From the NCBI GenBank assembly GCA_041178425.1, contig JBEGVH010000006.1:1-64000 (forward strand): a DNA stretch of 64,000 bases. The letters run 5' to 3'. The stretch comes from Pseudomonadota bacterium (GTDB lineage Bacteria > Bdellovibrionota > Bdellovibrionia > Bdellovibrionales > Bdellovibrionaceae). The notes below the pieces were generated by a model. The model ran no database searches, was not told the origin of the DNA, and worked only from the letters and a program-made list of their open reading frames with translations. Every line of letters begins with the position of its first letter. The first letter of the stretch is position 1. The position numbers and the translations under genes are program-made. This document shows positions 51,668-62,015 of the stretch, one piece after another.

Positions 51668-52288
51668 TTAATCGAACCACTCATAGTTAAAACTGACGCT
51701 GATTCGGTCTTTTTTTGATGGGTTGGGTGGCACTTCGTGGCTCATCCAGCTTTCGAACAAAACAATGTCACCTTCGTTCGGTTTTACGGCGACGAAGTTC
51801 TCAAATTCCAGGGGAAGTTTTGTTTTTTTTGGCAAGCAAGACATCATCAAATTCATTCGGGGGTCTTGAAACTTAATGCCAACGCTATCTTTAGGAAGTT
51901 GTACATAATAGGTTCCGCTCACTACTGAGCGCGGATGAATGTGCCAGGAATGGGTGGTTTGATGGCCCATAATGTTGACCCAGAAGGTCGACATACAAAT
52001 GGATTTTTCTTTGGTGTCATAGCCTTGGTGCTCCAGAAATTTATAAACGTGGGGAGTAATTTTTTTTTCGAGAAGAGCAAAGGTCGACGACCAAGTATGC
52101 ATATTGGAGTAGGAGCTGTAGGACGTATACCCACCGAGGTAGTTTTTTTGAGACCAAGCATTTCCTTTATCGTCAATTCTTCGGAGATTATAACACTCCT
52201 CCGCAAGCTCCGTGTTGAAGCGCCCTTTGTTGGGGACACTCAAGGCTTTTCGGTAAATGGAGCTAGAAAAAAGTTTTACGAGAGACAT
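51668..52288 (-). CDS. TIGR02466-like 2OG-Fe(II) oxygenase
   Basis: WVN...HSWHIHP, SGTYY, DPR, FESWMSHEV and RISVSFN motifs. Confidence 0.8.
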   Translation of the reverse strand: MSLVKLFSSSIYRKALSVPNKGRFNTELAEECYNLRRIDDKGNAWSQKNYLGGYTSYSSYSNMHTWSSTFALLEKKITPHVYKFLEHQGYDTKEKSICMSTFWVNIMGHQTTHSWHIHPRSVVSGTYYVQLPKDSVGIKFQDPRMNLMMSCLPKKTKLPLEFENFVAVKPNEGDIVLFESWMSHEVPPNPSKKDRISVSFNYEWFD

Positions 52289-53598
52289 TTTTGAATCTCC
52301 TTAAAGGTTGAACGAGTCGCCTCGCACCGACTTAAAAATTCTTGGCGAATGCGAAGTCTCAAGTCTTTGCTCTCTTCCTCTGGTAAACTCCAGTACTTTG
52401 TGAAATTTTGAGCCAAAGATTCACTTTCATTCACGGAAATAAGAAAATATTGGTCACCGTGCCGAAGTTTGGCAAATGCCAGCGCCTCTCGATTGTTTTT
52501 GTAATTGGGGCCAACCAAAACGGGGAGCCCACAGCCCAAGGCTTCCATAACACTATGAACCTGTTTTTTAAAACTTCCACCGATAAAGGCTAAGCGGCCT
52601 AATTGATAAAGCTCTGCGAGCCAACCCTTTTCATCAAAAATAAGGATCTCACTATTAATAAGGGAGGATTGGTTTTTGGCTTGGCTCCAAAGACAGTAAT
52701 CAATGTTATCGCTCTCGCACAGCTTAATCAAATCGGAGAGGTGCGAGAAATGAGTTTCGTGTGGAACAATTAAAAGGCGAGGTAATTCACTTTCTGAGCA
52801 TAAAGAACGAAATTTTTTCCATGCTGGAAGAAGTACCTGTTCATCTTCTGTCCATGTCGATCCGGCCACGAGAACCGATTTGTTTTGGCTCCAAACAGTG
52901 AGAGGGGAGGGGAGGGCTCTTTTTTGTTGAAGGCGAAACTCCACTTGGTCGAATCGAGGATCTCCTGTGACCGCGACGGAGGTGTGGGGCCTAAAACGGT
53001 GTATCCATTCGGCATCATCTTCCGAAACCACTCCAACTTTGTTGATGTATTCAAGACACCAACGGGTCATCCAGCGACCCAATCCTTGCGTTTTTTTACT
53101 TCCTTCGGCCCAGGTTGAGGCCACTAAAATTTTTGGAGCGTTCATCTTATTGAGAATTGTGGGCCAAAGATCAGTGCGAGAAATCACGAGAATGCTGGGT
53201 TGTAGGCAATCAAGAAAACGTTGGCAGGGATCGGGAAGATCATACGGGAGGGGAGCCCAACCATCGACTTCCGCCAATGCCTGCAGCATTGGTCTTGCCG
53301 ACGTTGAAAAATAAGTCACAAAAAGTAGATCATCTGGATGTTCTTGTTTCCAGAGTCGAAGAAGGGGTTTGATGTATTCAATTTCGCCCGAAGCGGCATG
53401 AAACCAAATGCGACGTTGCTGAGGAAGTGGGGATTGTCGCCAAACGATTTGCTCAACTTCACGCTCCTCTAGATAGGATCTAACCTTTGGTGGCAACAAC
53501 GCCTTCTGGGGCTTCAAGCAAAAGAGGAGGAGTTTCCAAAGGCAATGGTAAAAGAGAAAACGCAAAGAATGAGGCGAGAATTTTGTGTTATTTAACAT
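52276..53598 (-). CDS. waaA: Kdo transferase
   Basis: WFHAASGE, AGSTW, LIVPHE, FIGGSF and HSVMEA motifs. Confidence 0.88.
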   Translation of the reverse strand: MLNNTKFSPHSLRFLFYHCLWKLLLFCLKPQKALLPPKVRSYLEEREVEQIVWRQSPLPQQRRIWFHAASGEIEYIKPLLRLWKQEHPDDLLFVTYFSTSARPMLQALAEVDGWAPLPYDLPDPCQRFLDCLQPSILVISRTDLWPTILNKMNAPKILVASTWAEGSKKTQGLGRWMTRWCLEYINKVGVVSEDDAEWIHRFRPHTSVAVTGDPRFDQVEFRLQQKRALPSPLTVWSQNKSVLVAGSTWTEDEQVLLPAWKKFRSLCSESELPRLLIVPHETHFSHLSDLIKLCESDNIDYCLWSQAKNQSSLINSEILIFDEKGWLAELYQLGRLAFIGGSFKKQVHSVMEALGCGLPVLVGPNYKNNREALAFAKLRHGDQYFLISVNESESLAQNFTKYWSLPEEESKDLRLRIRQEFLSRCEATRSTFKEIQKCLS

Positions 53599-54659
53599 GA
53601 GCCTGTCACTTCGCTCGAGGTGATTTTTTGTAGAGCCTCTTTTAGAACTCTGTCAGGAGTTATTCCGACCAGGCACCATTGATAGTTGGTATTTATGCAA
53701 GGGCCTTGACCGTGTTTGCTGCAGGGTCGACATGGTAGATCGAGTTCTAAAATTTGAGTGCTATCGAGTCGACATGGGAATCCAAAAGGAGCTGGTCCCA
53801 TGAGCGCAATTGTGGGATGTCCTAATTGTTCACCCACATGGAGGAGTCCCGTGTCGTTGGCTATCAAGAGTTGGGAGTTTTTGACAACGGCAGCACTTTC
53901 CTCGAGAGATAACTTTCCAGCTAAGTTAAAAATTCGTTCCGGGGCAATAAAAACTAACTCCTGAAGGAACTGATCTTCGGGACCCCCTAGGAGCACAAAC
54001 TTTGTGGTTGATGATGTCGTCGTCCAGCGTTGCAAAAGTGTTTTCCAGTGATCGAGAGGCCAACGCTTGAGGGCGTAGGCAGCGGAGGGTGCAAGAGCTA
54101 CGTAGGCTCCTAGAGATAAAGTGACATCGTGAGCTTTGGTTGTGGCTTGCGGGCTTAAAAAAAGCTGGGGTGGGAGAGGTGGATTTCTTGAAATTCCCCA
54201 TTTTTCGAGAGGTTCAAGCAGATCTCGTTGGCCTGAAAAAGGTCTTTCAAATTGATCAATTCGCCAGTGAAAGAGCAGATAGCGCTTCCATCGACGGATC
54301 GAGCGCCTTAAAAGGGTCGGCGTCTTTTCGAATGCTAATAGGTGGTTAATAAAGAGATAGCAACCGATAAACCAAGATCTCAAATTGTTATGGGCGTCGT
54401 ATATTTGATTGAATTTCTCGGCTTTAAGTTGCTTGCAAAGACCAAAAAGAAATCCAAGGCCTCCACTTTTTTGGAGGCTCCAAACCTGATGCACAGCGGG
54501 GTGTTCTTTAATTAGAGGTAAGAATTCGGAGCGTGTAACCCAGTGAATTTCAGCGTCAGGCCAACGATTTTTTAATGCCGATGCAACACTCAATGTTTGA
54601 ATAACATCACCAAAGCTAGAAAATCGAATGATGAGTATTTTTTTTGGCTGTTCTTGCAT
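53592..54659 (-). CDS. GT9 LPS heptosyltransferase (WaaF/WaaC-like)
   Basis: IIRFSSFGDV, KRWP and NDTGLLH motifs; CRPC. Confidence 0.85.
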   Translation of the reverse strand: MQEQPKKILIIRFSSFGDVIQTLSVASALKNRWPDAEIHWVTRSEFLPLIKEHPAVHQVWSLQKSGGLGFLFGLCKQLKAEKFNQIYDAHNNLRSWFIGCYLFINHLLAFEKTPTLLRRSIRRWKRYLLFHWRIDQFERPFSGQRDLLEPLEKWGISRNPPLPPQLFLSPQATTKAHDVTLSLGAYVALAPSAAYALKRWPLDHWKTLLQRWTTTSSTTKFVLLGGPEDQFLQELVFIAPERIFNLAGKLSLEESAAVVKNSQLLIANDTGLLHVGEQLGHPTIALMGPAPFGFPCRLDSTQILELDLPCRPCSKHGQGPCINTNYQWCLVGITPDRVLKEALQKITSSEVTGSC

Positions 54660-54925
54660 AAACAATCCCTATCATAAAACTCTAATAAGATTGAATTTTT
54701 TTGAGCTTTCAGGGCGATGCGTGATGGCGCCGCGAGGAGAACAGACAAGTTCCGGGCGCAACCCTGGAAAATTTAGTCATTTTTGAGGTCTTTCGAGGGT
54801 AAGAAAGTCTTTCGAAGGGGCTTTTTGTTGGGTTTTTAGGGGGAGTGAGGTAGTCTCCTTCAGCTTTATGTGTGTCCTTTTTTGCACAGGCGGTCGGTAT
54901 TGACCTTATCGAGACCTTCCACTAA

Positions 54926-56431
54926 ATGGGACGACCTTACGGAGAAGTGAAAGTAATGATCAAAGAGCCACAGCCTAAAAACTCAAGAGGAAACTTCAGG
55001 TTCCCTCGTGGACACCGCTTTCCGAACTTGCAAGGGCGTTGTGTGTTTATTCTTGTTTCTTGGTTGGTATTACTTTTTGTTTCTGCTGGTTGGTCCGCCA
55101 CTTTTTCAAATAGCTACGATCCGTTTCATGATCGTTTGGGGCATGATAAATTAGGACAAGTCGGTAGTAAGTCTATTTTCTATTTAAACGATCAATATCA
55201 GAACCCAGATGTTCGCTCTGTTCAATTGTTCGAAGGGCGAATCACTCGTGAAGCGGATGAGAGTGATTTTAGTTTGGGTATCGATCTTGAAGGTCAGTTC
55301 TCTCACGCCCAACAAGGCTTCAATAGTTTTACGGCTAATGAGTTTTATTTTAGAATGGATCCTCTCTGGAGTGGGACCACCCTCTTTCTTGGACGAAAGC
55401 GGTCTCATTGGAGCTCTCTCGATGATCGATGGAAGCTCGGTCTCTGGCAACCAAACTATCGCATCGATGCATTAAATCCTCATAGCCAGGGACTCACTGG
55501 TTTGTTTGTTGATTTTAAAAAAGACAACTGGACACTGGAATTTTTTGGAACGCCTTTCTTTTTGCCCGATCACGGTCCACAAATGGAAACTCGAAATGGA
55601 ATGTTTATTAAAGGCCATCCATGGGTTCAGTATCCACCGTCTGAAGTCGTTATCAAGGGCATCGCAACACCGGCCTATTACCGGGTCGACAAACCATCTA
55701 TTCCAGATGTGATCGTTAATACGGGCTATGGATTTAACTTTCAGGTGGGTGATCCCGAAAGTGAAGGATGGATGGGGAGAGCCTCATGGGGCTATAAGCC
55801 CATGAACCAACTTTTGCTTGGCTTTGACGGCAATCTAAATCTTGGTTCTTTAGAGGGCCTCGATGTTACGATTCATCCCGAAGTTGGTTTCCATAAGGTT
55901 GCTTCGCTCGATGGGGTCTATCGCTCCGAAAAATGGGCCATGTACTTTGGAATTCTAGAGGAGACTCCTGATCGTACAGAATTCGATCTTCCTTGGACTT
56001 TTCAAAATTTTGATCCAGCCCATTTCGCCGGCGGAGGCATAGAGTTCTTTACCGGTGCCTTTCGGATCGGTCTAGGAGCGGTCCATCGTGAAGGAGGGCG
56101 AGGCATCGTGTCGGGTCCTCGTTCGGAGGCGGCGGGGACTGTGCTTCCCGAAAGATTCCAATTTCGCGATTTAGTTAAAACAGAAATTAGTTATGGCAAA
56201 AACCTTGGTTCACGCTGGTCTTATGAAATTTCGGGTGAGTGGAAGCAAGAACTTGGCGAGGGAAGCGAAATAATTTCGGGTCAGGGAGCTCTTTGGATGG
56301 GGCCGTTTTGGAAGGCTTACTTGGGAATGGACATGCTCAGAACTGACAATAAAATCGTAAGTACCATGGATTTTATAGAAATGTACCAAGCGAACGATCG
56401 AGTCTATGGAGGGCTACAGTATGTTTTCTAG
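54926..56431 (+). CDS. Probable outer-membrane beta-barrel protein
   Basis: Signal-like hydrophobic stretch, amphipathic strands, C-terminal GGLQYVF. Start may be 54947 or 54956. Confidence 0.65.
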   Translation: MGRPYGEVKVMIKEPQPKNSRGNFRFPRGHRFPNLQGRCVFILVSWLVLLFVSAGWSATFSNSYDPFHDRLGHDKLGQVGSKSIFYLNDQYQNPDVRSVQLFEGRITREADESDFSLGIDLEGQFSHAQQGFNSFTANEFYFRMDPLWSGTTLFLGRKRSHWSSLDDRWKLGLWQPNYRIDALNPHSQGLTGLFVDFKKDNWTLEFFGTPFFLPDHGPQMETRNGMFIKGHPWVQYPPSEVVIKGIATPAYYRVDKPSIPDVIVNTGYGFNFQVGDPESEGWMGRASWGYKPMNQLLLGFDGNLNLGSLEGLDVTIHPEVGFHKVASLDGVYRSEKWAMYFGILEETPDRTEFDLPWTFQNFDPAHFAGGGIEFFTGAFRIGLGAVHREGGRGIVSGPRSEAAGTVLPERFQFRDLVKTEISYGKNLGSRWSYEISGEWKQELGEGSEIISGQGALWMGPFWKAYLGMDMLRTDNKIVSTMDFIEMYQANDRVYGGLQYVF

Positions 56432-58784
56432 GCGCCCGCGGTCTCTCCTTATGATGGTGATGATCTTCGCTCTTGCGAATCTTGGATGTGAGAGATTCTT
56501 AAAAGACTCTGTTCATAGCAAGAAAACCTTCGAACTCGATCTTCAGGGCGTCAAGTGCCTGAGTGGCGTGCCAGATGTTCTCACTAACTACTTTCAGCAA
56601 AAACTTCTTCCTCACCAGCTCCATGATTCCACTCTTTGTGTTGATAAAGCATTGGGTGAATTTTTGAATTCGACTCGTGGATCAGAGGCGGCGTCGTATA
56701 AAACGGATGAAGTAAAAAAGTTCTTTCAAAAATATATTTTTAAACGAGAGATCTCGCCGGAGCTAGCCCGCGAAATTATGAAGCTTAAAGCGGCAATGAT
56801 CGGCGGCACTGAGGATGTCATCACCCGGTCTGAATTTGAAAAATTAAGAGGGTTGCTGTTTGTTTTAGAGAAAGAGCTACTGCGACTTTATCCGCATCTT
56901 AATATTTATTTACTTCGTGAAACGCTGAATATCTCGCATTCGGACCAAAAGGCGAAGTTAAATCAAGCCATCGTTGATTTAAAATTAGCTGTTCAAAATC
57001 TTCTTTCGGGGCTTCATCTTGCCGATGCGGAATACTCACTGCCAGAGGTTGAGCTGCTGCTGGCGGAGATTGCTCGGTTCGCTGGAATTGACGACCATCA
57101 GCACCCCTTTTCTCAGTGGCGTGCTCACTTGCCAACTCTTGAAAAATTAAAGACCCTATTAGTGGGTGAGGTTGTTGAAGTTCGCGGTCAAAAAGAAATC
57201 AATGAAATCTGGGACATTTTAATCGAAGTCTATCGATTGGGGTTACAGTATTATGGCGGCCTCAAACAAATGGATTGGATAACTCCTCAAAATTATCCGG
57301 AGTTTGATCTTTGGGTGGAAGATCTTTTTTCGATTCTCAATCGTGGCTTTGCCCTGAGAAACGAAGGTCAGATACCTTTTGCTCGTATCGATGATATCAT
57401 CGAGGAATTTTATGGTCGTGGTTTGTGGATTAAACCATTAACGCCGGAAACTGTTAAAATTAGTTATCGGCGTTTTATCACCCGTTTTTTAGATACTCCA
57501 TCCGCTGATTTGGTGGCTGTAGATGCAAGGCATTTAGTAAAACTTCACCGAGAGTACAAAGCTTTTAAATTAATTCAAATCGCTTTAGATCGTCTTTTTG
57601 CTGAAAAGGTGAGGCTCACCACATCCGAGGTCATTTCTTTTCTGGAGCAATATAAAGTTCAAACAGAGATCAAAAAGCTTTCGCCTTTATCGATTCGCGA
57701 CCAGGAGTACTTTTCAAGTGCATGGAAAGAGTTTCTCACTTTGGTGAAAGACGCGCAGGTTCGGCATTGGGATGAAAGAGGCCGAGTCTCTGTTGGAACC
57801 TCAAAGCAGGAGTCATGGATTTATCAAGATCTGGCGAGAATGAACCTTTTACGAGTGCCGACATCCATGTTTTTGAAGGCTTATGGAACCTCTGGAAAAA
57901 ACACTACAGAAATTTCTCTCGCCGTTGGTCAAATTCAGCCTGTGTTTTTTGAGTTTCAAGAGTTTGGCGACGAAATGGGGCTCTTTGATTTGCGAAACAC
58001 GAATAGTGCCAGTCGAAGTGCTCGTGAGGCCGACATGTTCACTCCCTCTGCGAATGGAGACGGGGCTGTGCAGTTTACGGAGATGTTTGATTTGTTCTCG
58101 GTGATGCTGAGCGGTGGTCTTGTTGGTGTTTCGGACTTTAAGCGTGTCGCCGAGTTGGAAGGATGTCTCCTGCCTGAGTTGGACTATTTTCATTTCCCTT
58201 ATTTTGAAATGGCCTGTGCCTCACGGACCTTTAAAAAATACTTCGGTCAGATATTTTCTCAATTGTCTCAGTTTAACACTTTTGTGGCACGCATGGACGG
58301 AGATCGTTGGGCCTCATTTTATAAAGATTTATTGCTTGTGGGCCAAGTTTGTCCGAGCAATCCGATTGGTTTGGAAACGGGAGATCAGAGAACGATCCTT
58401 GGTGTTCTCCATTATATCGAGAATTTGTTTTCGGTTTATGACAGAGATCAGGATGGAAGATTCAGTGATAAAGAAGTCGATCTTGCCTTTCCTCGCTTTC
58501 GCCGATTTATGATTGATGTAACGAAAAAGAGAGTCAAAGCTTCAAGTCCAGTATTGTACGATATGGCAGAAAATCTCGATTGGTCTGTCATGGCTAAGAA
58601 TGTTTTTAAGTTTTTAGTTTTCAATGGAAGAGCTCCGTCCAGTGACGAACTGGGAGTGATTGATTTCTTTTCGGTTCGAAGGTTCAACACCACAGCTGAT
58701 CGCCAAAATATCGTAAGGGTTTTTGCGGCCCTTAAATCAGAGATTGCGACCGCCTCTGCGGAGGCCTGTAATGCCACTCGGTAA
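56421..58784 (+). CDS. Large helical lipoprotein with EF-hand-like motifs
   Basis: GGAGG RBS; lipobox NLGC; DRDQDGRFSDKE and ANGDGAVQFTE loops. Confidence 0.7.
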   Translation: MFSRRPRSLLMMVMIFALANLGCERFLKDSVHSKKTFELDLQGVKCLSGVPDVLTNYFQQKLLPHQLHDSTLCVDKALGEFLNSTRGSEAASYKTDEVKKFFQKYIFKREISPELAREIMKLKAAMIGGTEDVITRSEFEKLRGLLFVLEKELLRLYPHLNIYLLRETLNISHSDQKAKLNQAIVDLKLAVQNLLSGLHLADAEYSLPEVELLLAEIARFAGIDDHQHPFSQWRAHLPTLEKLKTLLVGEVVEVRGQKEINEIWDILIEVYRLGLQYYGGLKQMDWITPQNYPEFDLWVEDLFSILNRGFALRNEGQIPFARIDDIIEEFYGRGLWIKPLTPETVKISYRRFITRFLDTPSADLVAVDARHLVKLHREYKAFKLIQIALDRLFAEKVRLTTSEVISFLEQYKVQTEIKKLSPLSIRDQEYFSSAWKEFLTLVKDAQVRHWDERGRVSVGTSKQESWIYQDLARMNLLRVPTSMFLKAYGTSGKNTTEISLAVGQIQPVFFEFQEFGDEMGLFDLRNTNSASRSAREADMFTPSANGDGAVQFTEMFDLFSVMLSGGLVGVSDFKRVAELEGCLLPELDYFHFPYFEMACASRTFKKYFGQIFSQLSQFNTFVARMDGDRWASFYKDLLLVGQVCPSNPIGLETGDQRTILGVLHYIENLFSVYDRDQDGRFSDKEVDLAFPRFRRFMIDVTKKRVKASSPVLYDMAENLDWSVMAKNVFKFLVFNGRAPSSDELGVIDFFSVRRFNTTADRQNIVRVFAALKSEIATASAEACNATR

Positions 58785-59958
58785 GGTTCAAAAACAAGGG
58801 TTGGGTTCGTTTTTTTTGATTGCTCCCATTGGATTGGAAGAAGCTGCGGCTAAAGAACTACAGCAGTGGTGTTCTGTCTTGGCTTTAGAGTTTGGCGATA
58901 AAGCCCTTCTTCGCCGCTGTGACATCGTAAAAGGCGGAGTCGAATTTGAGGTGGGCGAAAGCGTTGGTTTGCTTCTAAATCGATGCCTCAAAATAGGCTC
59001 ACGGATTCTTCAAAGAGTTCACAGCTTTCAAACTCGCGACTGGGGAGTGGTTGAAAAAGAATTCCGAACTATTGCGTGGAAGCATTATTTTCCGAAGGGT
59101 CTCCGAGAGTGGGAGATCGCGGCCAGTGATTCGCGTATGAACAACGAGAAGCACCTGCAAAAATTTATTGATGAAAAATTCAAAGGAAAGTTTTTTGAGG
59201 TGGGTGGAGCGGACGCCCCGGTGGCTTACCTCCGAGTGCACGATAATATTTTTACCGTCAGTCGAGATACCAGTGGCGAACACCTTCATTTTCGAGGATA
59301 TCGTCAACAACAAGGGGAAGCGCCTTTACGCGAAAACCTTGCGGCCTTTCTTTGGGCCTTTTTGCTCGAACATCGAAGCCGCCTTGTTTTAGAACAATCT
59401 CAGATTGTTGATCCTTTTTGTGGATCAGGAACACTGCTGTTTGAAGCCGCCTTGTGGAACGCGATCGTTGCGAGCAGACATTTCATCTCAGATCCTTGGG
59501 TTGAGGCCGAGAGCCAGCGTTTATTTGCTAATGTAGGAAAGCGTCTGAAGCCTTGGAGCCTTCAACTGGTAGGTATCGATAGTGAAAGTGAAGTGTTAGC
59601 GAAGGCTAAGAGTAATGCAGAACGCCTGCGATTCACTTCGACATTGAGATTTTTGTGTGAGGATTCGACCAGTGGAAGCTTTCCCGCGTGGCTTGATCAA
59701 AACAAGCCAGTGATTCTTATCAGCAATCCTCCTTACGGCGGTAAAGGGCGACTTCAAAGTAAAGACTCCTGGCGGCAACTGTGGGGTAAGGCCCTCGATC
59801 ACTATCAGCCAGAGTTAGCCATTGGTTTGGGTCCAGAACGAGAGGCTAAAAAAGGCGATCGGCTCGGGGATTGGCAATGCCTTGAGGTGAAAAAGTTTCT
59901 CAATGGTGGAATAAGAGTCGCTGCTTCTCTGTGGATGAAAAACAAGCCTAAAGGATGA
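58771..59958 (+). CDS. THUMP-domain RNA methyltransferase (RlmL N-terminal-like)
   Basis: DTSGEHLHFRGYR, APLRENLAA, DPFCGSGT and SNPPYG motifs. Confidence 0.85.
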   Translation: MPLGKVQKQGLGSFFLIAPIGLEEAAAKELQQWCSVLALEFGDKALLRRCDIVKGGVEFEVGESVGLLLNRCLKIGSRILQRVHSFQTRDWGVVEKEFRTIAWKHYFPKGLREWEIAASDSRMNNEKHLQKFIDEKFKGKFFEVGGADAPVAYLRVHDNIFTVSRDTSGEHLHFRGYRQQQGEAPLRENLAAFLWAFLLEHRSRLVLEQSQIVDPFCGSGTLLFEAALWNAIVASRHFISDPWVEAESQRLFANVGKRLKPWSLQLVGIDSESEVLAKAKSNAERLRFTSTLRFLCEDSTSGSFPAWLDQNKPVILISNPPYGGKGRLQSKDSWRQLWGKALDHYQPELAIGLGPEREAKKGDRLGDWQCLEVKKFLNGGIRVAASLWMKNKPKG

Positions 59959-60084
59959 GAGCCGAACCTCTGTGTCGAGCTCTGTTTCGCTGACCATTCG
60001 TTTTAAAAAAAACACTCGAAGGAAGAACTCAAAAAGGGTAAGCTCTACTTATTCTCATTTGCGATTGCTACGGAGGTCCTAGTT

Positions 60085-60852
60085 ATGTTCCAGAGAGTTC
60101 ATAAATTTTGTGTAGTTATTCTTACTGCGATTTTTGTTCTTGGTGGTTGTAGCTCATGGATGACGCGGCAAAGCTGTGCCGATATTGATTGGTTTCACTA
60201 CGGTGAATCGGTCGCGTTGCAAGGCAAGCGACTCACAGGGGATGAACAGGTGAAACGTTGCAAAGAGGCAGATTTTGCCGTCCCTTATAGCCAGCTCGAT
60301 GCGGGATTTAAAACAGGAATGAACAAGTATTGTTTGCCCAAAACGGTTTTTGCAACAGGCAAGGCTGGTGATTTGTTTAATCCGGAAATGTGTGATCCTG
60401 GTCAAGCGAGAAGTCTTCAACAGGAATATTTGCGCGGCATCGAAGGTTACTGTTCGGTGGAAAATGGTTATACAGCTGGGTCCAGTGGCAAAAAATATCA
60501 CAATGTTTGTCCGCAGAAAACGGAAGCCGCTTTTTTAAAGGAATACCGTCGTGGTCGGAAGGCCTTCTTGACTGGAAAAATTAACGAGGCCGATCTTAAT
60601 ATGATCGGCGTCGAACGGCAAACTCTCGAATTGGAGCGTCAGCGAAACAATGTGAGTTGGCGTTTATCAGCGATACCGGCTCCTTATAGAAACCAAAAAC
60701 CAGAGGATGATCCTTATCGTAGTGAGAGAGATCGATTGGCAAGTGAGTTAAGAGGGGTTGAAGCACAAATCAACCAAAAACAAAATGAGAAAGACCGCTG
60801 GCTCAAATCAAAAGGTGAATTTCAAGCCGAACTAGCTACTTTAGCTGAGTAA
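60085..60852 (+). CDS. DUF2799-like lipoprotein
   Basis: Lipobox LGGC; C..DW..G..A..G motif; two G...YC....G..G repeats; coiled-coil tail. Confidence 0.7.
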   Translation: MFQRVHKFCVVILTAIFVLGGCSSWMTRQSCADIDWFHYGESVALQGKRLTGDEQVKRCKEADFAVPYSQLDAGFKTGMNKYCLPKTVFATGKAGDLFNPEMCDPGQARSLQQEYLRGIEGYCSVENGYTAGSSGKKYHNVCPQKTEAAFLKEYRRGRKAFLTGKINEADLNMIGVERQTLELERQRNNVSWRLSAIPAPYRNQKPEDDPYRSERDRLASELRGVEAQINQKQNEKDRWLKSKGEFQAELATLAE

Positions 60853-60866
60853 GCGGTTAAGAGTTT

Positions 60867-61961
60867 ATGACCTTCGTTGAAGAGAAAAGTGAACAGTCAG
60901 GACGACCGAGCACCAAAGGGGTCTTGCTTGTTGATATTGGTACGCCCAGCGAATTAAGCCGAGAGGCTGTTCGAAGTTACCTCGAAGACTTTTTTGGAGA
61001 CCCTTTCGTGGTGAGAGCACCCCGTTGGCTCCGAGAACTTGCTCTTCGTCGCCTCATCATTCCCTTCAGATTAAATAAGTATTTTGATAGATATCAGAGA
61101 GTTTGGAGCGAAGAGGGTGCACCTTTACGAGTAGAAGCTGGTCGCGCGGTGGAAGCTTTGACTCGAGAACTCTTTAGGGTACAGCCGGAGTCTTCTTGGG
61201 TGGTGCGATTTGCATTTCATTTCGGTGGCCCCAGTATTGAGTCACAACTTGAGGATATGAAAGCCTCTGGTGTGACCGAGGTTGTGGTGGTTCCTCTATT
61301 TCCGCAGTGGTCCCTCAGTACGCGAGGAAGTCTCGAGGATCGATTAAAAAAGCTCAAGATTTTCAGCTCGCCAGAAGACAAGGGGTTTGGATTTGATCAT
61401 GTTTCGGTAACACCTGTTTTTTATGATCATGATGGATTCATTGAGGCTCAGAGCCAGTTGTTGGAACAGTTTTTGCCAAAAGACATCACAGATGAAATTG
61501 CTGTTGTGTTTAGTTTTCATGGATTGCCCGAGGGCCATTTAAAAGCGGTCGTGCCAGACTGCAAAAAGTGTCTTAAGAGGGGAAGTGATTGTCGTCCCAA
61601 TGCCCATGTTAAGCCCTTTTGTTATCGCTATCAATGTTTAGAAACGGCGCGAAGAATTGCTATTCGCTCGGGTCTTTTTCATTGGGATGTCGCTTTTCAG
61701 TCGAAAGTGGCTCCCTCTCGCTGGATCGAACCCTCGTTGCAAGAAGTCGTGGATGATCTTCTCGAGCAAGGTGTAAAAACAATGGTGGTTCTGTGTCCGT
61801 CTTTCGTCTTTGATAATGTGGAGTCATTAGATGAAGTTGGGCAGGAAATGAGAGAGTATTTTCTGCGACAGGGTGGGCGCTCCTTTTTTTTGGTGCCGGC
61901 ATTAAATAATACTGAACTATGGATCAAAACATTGTGCTTAATGGTTCTTGAGCAAAATTAA
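60867..61961 (+). CDS. hemH: Ferrochelatase with Cys-rich insertion
   Basis: GTP, PLFPQWS, FSFHGLP, FQS and W..P motifs; FVFDNVESLDE. Confidence 0.88.
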   Translation: MTFVEEKSEQSGRPSTKGVLLVDIGTPSELSREAVRSYLEDFFGDPFVVRAPRWLRELALRRLIIPFRLNKYFDRYQRVWSEEGAPLRVEAGRAVEALTRELFRVQPESSWVVRFAFHFGGPSIESQLEDMKASGVTEVVVVPLFPQWSLSTRGSLEDRLKKLKIFSSPEDKGFGFDHVSVTPVFYDHDGFIEAQSQLLEQFLPKDITDEIAVVFSFHGLPEGHLKAVVPDCKKCLKRGSDCRPNAHVKPFCYRYQCLETARRIAIRSGLFHWDVAFQSKVAPSRWIEPSLQEVVDDLLEQGVKTMVVLCPSFVFDNVESLDEVGQEMREYFLRQGGRSFFLVPALNNTELWIKTLCLMVLEQN

Positions 61962-61991
61962 AAAAAAAGGGAGAGCTTTTCAGCTCTCCCT
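61961..61991 (-). terminator. Intrinsic terminator between convergent hemH and trypsin genes
   Basis: AGGGAGAGCT / AGCTCTCCCT stem preceded by an A run (T run on the minus strand). Confidence 0.75.
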
Positions 61992-62015
61992 GCATTCCCC
62001 CCGGAAGCGTTCCCC

